From: Longimicrobiales bacterium
GTDB taxonomy: Bacteria; Gemmatimonadota; Gemmatimonadetes; Longimicrobiales; Gaopeijiaceae
Assembly (NCBI GenBank): GCA_965248195.1
Contig: CBDFIQ010000002.1
Location: forward strand, 224,001-288,000
Length of the DNA stretch: 64,000 nucleotides
Direction: 5' to 3'
Positions 58,150 through 64,000 of the stretch are shown here, piece after piece; position 1 is the stretch's first letter; each line of letters starts with the position of its first letter. The translations under genes and the position numbers were made by a program. A model generated the notes under the pieces. The model did not search any database. It was not told the origin of the DNA and saw nothing but the letters and a program-made list of their open reading frames with translations.

Positions 58150-58319
58150 CGAACCTCCCGAGTGATTACGGAAGGTCAATCCATCGCCCCCTCTGTGTCC
58201 ACTTTGTAGGGTTCACTCCAACATGTGTGCAATATTGGAAGGCCGCTAACACCCGGCCACGACCTCCGTCCTGGCGTAGGGCGGGGAAGGACCTTTAACC
58301 GAGGGGAATTGAGCGCGGA

Positions 58320-59515
58320 ATGAAGGTGAGGATCGTCAAAAAGCTCCCAGTTCTGGTCTTGATCATGGCGCCTCTGGGCCTTGAGGGGCAAGAGTTCTCG
58401 GGACCCGTCCTCCCAGTCGGCCAATTCCGGGTCGAGATCAATTCACTCTTCCATTTTGTGGACGAGCGTTTCGGCTCGCGTATGGAGGGCGGATCGCTCA
58501 TCGAGGAGGACGAACCGCTCGGGTTCGACTTTACGGACACGGCAGTCGGCACGCGCCTGTTTCCGGCTCTCGAAGATCTGGAGGCCGACCTGACAGCCGC
58601 GGCGGGTACCGCCATCACGCCATTGGTGCTCGGACGAACTCGGGCCGTTTTGACGAGGGACGCGGTCTGGCTCCCGATCCGGCTGGACGTGGGCGTGCTC
58701 GACTAGTTCACCGTTGGAACCACGGTTCCGTTTTCGCGACGCCGCGCGGAGTTCGCGACCTCCATCCAGACAGACGGAGCCGACGTGGGCGTCCCGCCGG
58801 GCACGGCCGGCGACTTCCTTGGAGAGGTCTCTGCGGCCAACGGCGCTCTTACCCTCGTAGTCACAACCTTATGCACAGCGGACCCATCGAGTCCGGAGTG
58901 CTCCCAAGCCACGAGCCTTTTGGCTGAGGGCGAGAATTTCTACGGGGCCTTGACTGATGCGTACGGGGATTACGGGGTGTTCCCGCTCGAGGGCTCCGGT
59001 ACGGGAGACGCTCTCCAGTCCCGTACGACAAACCTCCTGAACGCCTATCAGGCAGTCGGCGTCCCGCTTTTCCCGACGACCATCCCGTTGGCCACTCAAG
59101 TGCTGACCGAGGCGACATACCTGGACCTGGTGTCGAATCCCGCGTTCCGAATAAAGGGTGATTCCCTTAAGACGTGGAGGAGCCCTTGGGAGCTAGGGGA
59201 CGTGGAAATCCATGCCTACGCCCGCCTGTGGGGGATCGGCCAAGAGACCCCTCCAAACGAGCCGCAGCCCACCATTCGCGTGGAGATCGGCGCGGGTGCG
59301 CTCTTTCGAATCGGCTCGGGGCGAACGGACTCCCCGCGGAACTTCATCGACACCGGAGTGGAGATGGCCAGAACGACATCGAGTTGAGCGTGTTCGGAAC
59401 GCTGCACGTTGGAAACTTCCTCGGTATCGTGGGAGAGTTTCGGTATGGGATCCAGCAACCGGTCCAGGTTCTCAGACGGATCACGCCTCCCGATCGGATT
59501 TTCGCCCCACTCGAC
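58320..59515 (+). pseudogene. Disrupted exported/outer-membrane hypothetical protein
   Basis: Signal-peptide-like start; in-frame TAG at 58704 with the frame continuing to about 59360; frameshift (DTGV/GDGQNDIE); truncated at a junction with phage-like DNA. Confidence 0.65.
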
Positions 59516-59575
59516 CCAACCGAACAAGAGCCCGGCTCGGCAGACCACGCTCTCACTCTAGTAGGAGGCACGGCC

Positions 59576-60040
59576 ATGCAGTTCAGCACGATCAAGCGGC
59601 ACAACGGGAAGGTTCATCTCAGTTGGGAGCTCACGAGCCACGGCCAGAACGACATCGCTCAGGCCACGCTCACATCCGAGGACGAGCCGCTCTCCGAATT
59701 CATCGAGGCGCTCGATGCGTTTAAGGACGACGTGCTCTGCCTGTTGGAGTTGCCGAAGAAGTATGAGGATGGCCTCGAGGTCACGAAGCTCGCGATCAAC
59801 CGCGAGGCCGACGACGGACGCATCGGGTTGGTGATCACCGCAGTCAAGTCGCTCGGCTGCGGATCACTGGTCCTGAACACGCCGCACCTCCATGAGCGCA
59901 CCGAAGAAGGCGATCCCGGAGAGGGACACCTCACGTCCGTACAGTTCGACCGGATCCATGCGATCGAGGAAGCTGCCGAGAAGTTCGTCAACGGGCAGCG
60001 CCAGCAGGTCGACATGTTCGACCAGGACGAGGCGGCCTGA
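59576..60040 (+). CDS. Phage-type hypothetical protein
   Basis: AGGAGG RBS before ATG 59576; 'LNTPH' and C-terminal 'FVNGQRQQVDMF' typical of small phage early proteins. Confidence 0.65.
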   Translation: MQFSTIKRHNGKVHLSWELTSHGQNDIAQATLTSEDEPLSEFIEALDAFKDDVLCLLELPKKYEDGLEVTKLAINREADDGRIGLVITAVKSLGCGSLVLNTPHLHERTEEGDPGEGHLTSVQFDRIHAIEEAAEKFVNGQRQQVDMFDQDEAA

Positions 60041-60168
60041 GGCCATGAGCAAGGCGAGCGAGAGGAGGTCGCTGCGCGTGGGCGGCCCTGGGGCCGTGGC
60101 GGAGAACATAGACAGATGAATGGGCTCGGGCTCGCAGGTGGGGGCGGACTGCACACAAGGAAGGTGCA

Positions 60169-60828
60169 ATGATGACAGAGACACGTAGCGAGCCGTGGTT
60201 CTGGCGGAGCGCGGAAGACTTCGGGCGCCTGAGGCTGGAAAATGGATCGCACGAGAGCCCGGATGAAGGCGTGTGCCTCATGGAGGCCGTCGCATGGCTG
60301 GCGCGCGAGCCGCACGGCGATGAACCGAAATGCGTCTGCCCGGTGCTCGGCGCGTTCGGGCGCGGACTCAACGACCGTCTGGACGTCGAGCGGCGGCAAC
60401 GGCTGAAGCCACTCATTCCGGTGCTCGTCGGCACGGCGAGCGATGGCCACGCCGAGGCTCGCGGCTTCATGGCGATGGATTGGATCGTCCGTACCTATAC
60501 GCCCGCATGGCTTCGGCTGGCTCGGCTGGACACGGAGGCCGACGGCCTGCAGGCGCTCCCCGAGATCGCGGACGCAGCTACGCTCAGGGGTGCGCAGGAG
60601 ATGTTGGATGCCGCCCGCAAGTCGGCGGCCGCTGCCGGGGACGCTGCCTGGGACGCTGCCGGGGACGCTGCCGGGGACGCTGCCTGGGACATGCTGGAGC
60701 GCACCAAGCTCGCGTTGCAAGACAGCGCGGTCCTTCTGTTCCGGCGGATGATGGAGCTGGGCGCGGAGGAGCGGATCGTGCGCCCGGCTCCCTGGGCTAC
60801 TGAAGCCGTAAGAGGCGTGGTGAGGTGA
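60169..60828 (+). CDS. Phage-type protein with DAAW/DAAG repeats
   Basis: 'GSH..P..GVCLMEAVAWLA.EPH.D.P.CVCPV' N-terminus; 12-bp GCTGCC(G/T)GGGAC x5 at 60631-60690. Confidence 0.75.
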   Translation: MMTETRSEPWFWRSAEDFGRLRLENGSHESPDEGVCLMEAVAWLAREPHGDEPKCVCPVLGAFGRGLNDRLDVERRQRLKPLIPVLVGTASDGHAEARGFMAMDWIVRTYTPAWLRLARLDTEADGLQALPEIADAATLRGAQEMLDAARKSAAAAGDAAWDAAGDAAGDAAWDMLERTKLALQDSAVLLFRRMMELGAEERIVRPAPWATEAVRGVVR

Positions 60829-61067
60829 GCAGAACGAAAACCCCGGAGCAGTACGATGCGGAGTACAACTGGCTCAGCACGGAACAGGCCGCCAAGCGCA
60901 TTGGGATGTCCACCGGCTTCGTCCTCAAGATGATCCACGAAGGCCACCTGAAGCCCCCCGGGGTCCTAAACGTGTCGCGCTCTGGCAAGGCACACTACCG
61001 AATCTCGCCGAAGGCTGTCGATCGCTTCGTCCAAGAGTGTGAGGAGCTCGTGGGCAGTGAGTCCTAG
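60825..61067 (+). CDS. Excisionase-like helix-turn-helix protein
   Basis: 80 aa, 'WLSTEQAAKRIGMS...MIHEGHL...YRIS..AVDRF'; directly upstream of the integrase. Confidence 0.8.
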   Translation: MSRTKTPEQYDAEYNWLSTEQAAKRIGMSTGFVLKMIHEGHLKPPGVLNVSRSGKAHYRISPKAVDRFVQECEELVGSES

Positions 61068-62307
61068 AAAGCGCTCACGTGCCCCCAAGGGCCTCGTATG
61101 GCGAGCTGGCCGCGCCTACTTCGACCGTCGGCACTCGCGGTTCAAGGGCGGGCGGCTGGCGATCTCGCTCAGGACCGGCGATCGGGATGTGGCCACCGAG
61201 CGTCATACCGTCCTGACTCAGCTCATGGATCGTGGCGACTGGAACGTGCTTGAGGCGATCCGCCGTGGCGACATGCACATCACCGACGCGCAGGCCGCGC
61301 TACGTAATGGCGACGCCACCAAGCTGCGGCGCATGGGCTCCGACTCGCCACGGCTCGGGCCGGCCGTCGAGAGGTTCCTGAGGCTCAAAGAGGCGACACG
61401 CAGTCGGTCCACCATCAAGAAGTATCGTACGGTTCTCGGGCACCTTGAGAGAGACGTCGGCTCGGACTTCCCTATGGAAGAGCTGACGGTCGACGAGGCG
61501 CGCGCGTACCTGCACGGCCCGAAAGCCAGCACAGCGGGGCGTCCGTGGGCACCTGCTAGCCAAGGGGCTTGCCAGGTCGTGTGCGGGGCACTCTGGAGTA
61601 TGGTCATGGACGAGGAGGCCGACCTGCTCGCTCGCCGCAACGTACAGCCCGCGATCCGTAGCAACCCCTGGAAGGGCGTCGCGATGCCCGAGATCCGGCC
61701 GACACGGGCTGTGTTCCTGACTCCACCGGAGTGGGTGGACCTGGACCGCAGTATGGTTGGGGTCCCCAGCCGGGCGATGATCGCGATTGCGTTCCTCGCC
61801 GGACTGCGCCAAGGCGAGATCCTACATCTGCGCACCGACGTGGATGTGCTCCTGGAGAGCCCCGAACCGCTCATCCGCGTCCAGTCCCGAAAGGATGTTT
61901 ACTCCTGGAGGCCGAAGACGCGGCGCGGTGAAAGGGACGTTCCAATCACCGAGAGCCTCGTCACGATCATCGACGATCACCTCCGCAGAGGGTATGCCGG
62001 GGAGCGGTACTTGATTGTGAGCCCTCATCGCGGCGACCAGCCTGTGACGGCCGGCACCTCGGCTCGCTGGGCCCAGGACGCCTTCGAGCTGGCCGGGATC
62101 AAGTACGGGAGGGAGGGCGACGGGCTCACGCTGCATTCGGGTCGTCACACTTACGCCTCATGGCTGGCACAGGACGGCGTTCCGCTCAATGTGATCGCCA
62201 CCCTGCTAGGTGACACGACCAAGGTCGTCGAGGAGACCTACGCCCACCTTATTCCTGACACCTACCGGGCCGCCGTTCAGTACATCGAAAAGAGGATCCA
62301 GGGGTGA
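61057..62307 (+). CDS. Tyrosine recombinase / phage integrase
   Basis: GLRQGE (R), RPKT (K), HSGRH (HxxR), 'LLGD', ETY (Y). Confidence 0.92.
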   Translation: MSPRKRSRAPKGLVWRAGRAYFDRRHSRFKGGRLAISLRTGDRDVATERHTVLTQLMDRGDWNVLEAIRRGDMHITDAQAALRNGDATKLRRMGSDSPRLGPAVERFLRLKEATRSRSTIKKYRTVLGHLERDVGSDFPMEELTVDEARAYLHGPKASTAGRPWAPASQGACQVVCGALWSMVMDEEADLLARRNVQPAIRSNPWKGVAMPEIRPTRAVFLTPPEWVDLDRSMVGVPSRAMIAIAFLAGLRQGEILHLRTDVDVLLESPEPLIRVQSRKDVYSWRPKTRRGERDVPITESLVTIIDDHLRRGYAGERYLIVSPHRGDQPVTAGTSARWAQDAFELAGIKYGREGDGLTLHSGRHTYASWLAQDGVPLNVIATLLGDTTKVVEETYAHLIPDTYRAAVQYIEKRIQG

Positions 62308-62374
62308 CAGCAAAAACAACGGTTTGCCATAAGCCAGGCCACAGAGTGTTGTATTTGCTAGATTATAGTAGAAG

Positions 62375-62656
62375 GTGTACTTCGGCGATCAGAAGATCAA
62401 CTTCCACCGTCCGTCCAGCTGGCAGAGCGGGACGTTTACCCTGCGAGCGCCGCCGGCCCAGCCGCCCTGCGGCGACTTCTGCTGGGTGTGGAAGGGCACG
62501 CGGGAATCGCTTGCCGAGATGTTGGAGCGTGCCGATGCGGAGATCGTCGCGGAGGGTGAGCGGTCGGGCGGTCGCGACGGCGGGGACGCATTGGGCCAAA
62601 GCGTCTATACACGAGATCCGGACGGTAATCTGCTCGAATTTATGCGTTATTCTTGA
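62375..62656 (+). pseudogene. 5'-truncated VOC/glyoxalase family gene
   Basis: 'FGDQKINFH', 'GDFCWV', 'SVYTRDPDGNLLE'; N-terminal DHxA half missing. Confidence 0.75.
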
Positions 62657-62699
62657 GCGGGGTGGCCGGTTCAGCGGCCTCATCGAGTCCAACGCGCCT

Positions 62700-63578
62700 T
62701 TACGCCTCGTTCTTCACCGCCCGACCCACGACAACGGTGATGTTGTCGCTGCCCCCATCGTCCAGAGCGTCCTGCAGCAAGTCCTCGCACACCTGCTTGG
62801 CGGACGTCATGGATCGTAGCCGCTCGGCGATCAGCTCATCCGGCACGTGCCTGGTCAGCCCGTCGCTGCACAGCATGTGGACGTAGTTCCAATCCTGGTC
62901 GATGCCGGTGACCACCGGCGTCGTCTCCGAGCCCCCGATGGTGCTCGAGAGCACGCTGGAAAGAGGCGATTTAGCGGCTTCAGTCCTGGAGAACACGTCG
63001 TCGTCCACCAACACCTGGGCCAGCGTCTGATCCCGGGAGATCTGCGTCAGCTCGCCATCCCGTAGGATGTAGTAGCGGCTGTCCCCGACCTGAAGGAGGT
63101 AGGCGCGCGGCCACACGAAGAGCATGAGGGTGAGCGTTGTGGCCATCCCCCCGGGCTTGGCGCCCGAGCGCCGACGGAGATCTTCGTGGCAGTGCAGTGC
63201 CGCGTCGGCAAGGGATTGCGTGAACGCCTGATCGTCCGTGGGATCGGCCGTGTAATAGCAGTCCATGCTCCTGGCTGCGTACTTGCTCACGGCCTCCAGC
63301 GCCAACCGGCTCGCCGCCTCACCTCCCGGCCCACCCCCGACGCCATCGGCGACCATCATCAGGAAAGCGAGACGATCCGCCTCTCGGTACAGCCGACCCG
63401 TGTCGGGGAGACTGGTCAGATGCACCTCCATGCGTTTGTGGAGGGAGGAGAGGAGGAAGTGGTCCTGATTTTCCTTCCGGACCCTCCCCGGGTGGGTGAG
63501 ACCGTAGGAGTCGATTTGGTCGTCGGTGGGCTTTCGGCCGAGGGCCCGTGCGTCTGGCGCATTCTCGATCGTAGTCAT
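62700..63578 (-). CDS. PP2C-family Ser/Thr protein phosphatase
   Basis: 'THPGRVRKENQD', 'VADGVGG', 'MATT', 'VGDSR.Y', 'CSDGL', 'GGSDNIT'. Confidence 0.93.
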   Translation of the reverse strand: MTTIENAPDARALGRKPTDDQIDSYGLTHPGRVRKENQDHFLLSSLHKRMEVHLTSLPDTGRLYREADRLAFLMMVADGVGGGPGGEAASRLALEAVSKYAARSMDCYYTADPTDDQAFTQSLADAALHCHEDLRRRSGAKPGGMATTLTLMLFVWPRAYLLQVGDSRYYILRDGELTQISRDQTLAQVLVDDDVFSRTEAAKSPLSSVLSSTIGGSETTPVVTGIDQDWNYVHMLCSDGLTRHVPDELIAERLRSMTSAKQVCEDLLQDALDDGGSDNITVVVGRAVKNEA

Positions 63579-63941
63579 GGCTCTCATCCACATCTTCGGC
63601 CACAGCGGGGGCGCCATCTCGTCCAGCAACCGCCGCCAGACGATCCAGGTGTGTGCTCCGGAGAGCTATTGCGGCCGGTTCGGATTCCCTGAAGGTGGAC
63701 CCCCCACCAGGAAAGGACTGAACCCCTTCCGGGGCTTGGGACTATGGGCGCCGACGTCCCACGGAGCAAGAGTGTAGCCTTGGTCTGGGGAGCCCTCGGA
63801 ACCTCAGCTCTGAGTCGGGCGGACCCTCCTCAACTCGGCCCTCGGACACGCGAACGGAGACGGCCCAGCCTGCCGACAGATCCGCCCGCTGGCGGTGCCC
63901 GCCTTTTGTCAACCATGGGCCGAAGCCGGTAAGATGACCCC

Positions 63942-64000
63942 ATGCCCACGATCCACTCCCTTCCGGACGACCGACCCATTGAGGCCGCCGACGGCGAAAC
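63942..64000 (+). CDS. Start of a probable 2Fe-2S ferredoxin-domain protein (3'-partial)
   Basis: MPTIHSLPDDRPIEAADGE.. resembles Fer2 N-termini; only 19 codons visible. Confidence 0.4.
   Translation, partial: MPTIHSLPDDRPIEAADGE

Larger units (their letters stand above)
55368..58220 (-). mobile_element. IS3-family element B, copy 2 (inverted), interrupted by element A
   Basis: 2853 bp = 1283 + 1567 + 3; ACA duplicated at 55365-55367 and 58221-58223; differs from copy 1 at one site I noticed (AALD vs AAVD). Confidence 0.95.
52011..58251 (-). mobile_element. IS21-family element (2099 bp once nested insertions are removed) with both ends interrupted
   Basis: Ends TGTTGGCGGCCACCCAATATTTCCCATA-TGT-GGCCATCGAAAATTGCACAC and TGTTAGCGGCCTTCCAATATTGCACACA-TGT-GGCCATCGAAAATTGCACAC; istA and istB inside. 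Confidence 0.9.

Noticed and set aside
58704..58706. In-frame TAG as stop-codon recoding (pyrrolysine/readthrough)
   Set aside because: Most simply a TGG to TAG mutation; the same gene is also frameshifted and truncated, and TAG is a normal stop elsewhere in the window
59174..60040. 288-aa ORF as one gene
   Set aside because: Chimera of the frameshifted host pseudogene and a phage ORF with its own AGGAGG-ATG at 59576
60631..60690. 12-bp repeats as DGR/VR or CRISPR-like variability
   Set aside because: Ordinary coding DAAW/DAAG repeats; no reverse transcriptase or template repeat present
62345..62374. AT-rich patch after the integrase as a dif/Xer site
   Set aside because: No TTATGTTAAAT-like XerD arm and no matching copy in the window

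Overview
GC-rich bacterial chromosome segment; gene content and protein style suggest Gemmatimonadota (inference, not a database result). 1-40.9 kb is core genome: tamA/bamA-tamB, uvrA, a YbjN/CesT-like gene plus pspA, and a peptidoglycan-salvage cluster (D-amino-acid transaminase, NamZ, two GH3 NagZ-like enzymes of which one is fused to a beta-lactamase-fold hydrolase, an Na+:solute symporter and an amino-sugar kinase). It continues with a convergent asd-lysC-dapB-dapA-dapD-aminotransferase operon, hsp20, suhB, trpS, pilT, a DHDPS-family aldolase, purA, ffh-rpsP-rimM-trmD-rplS-rnhB, a LamG/PKD lipoprotein and tRNA-Lys(TTT). From the tRNA to about 62.4 kb is a mosaic genomic island. It carries two further copies of the tRNA-Lys 3' end with att-arm-like repeats, tRNA-Ser att remnants, cargo (selO, dinB-family, MBL hydrolase, GT2), gene fragments, IS256, IS6, two copies each of two IS3-family elements, an IS21 and a xis-int phage remnant. 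The most striking structure is at 52011-58251. Both terminal inverted repeats of the IS21 are interrupted at exactly the same position (after nt 31, TGT duplicated) by inward-pointing copies of one IS3-family element, and one of those copies is itself interrupted by a different IS3-like element. This looks like an IS that site-specifically targets IS21 ends. Several single-base frameshifts could be real or sequencing errors; I cannot tell which from one sequence.
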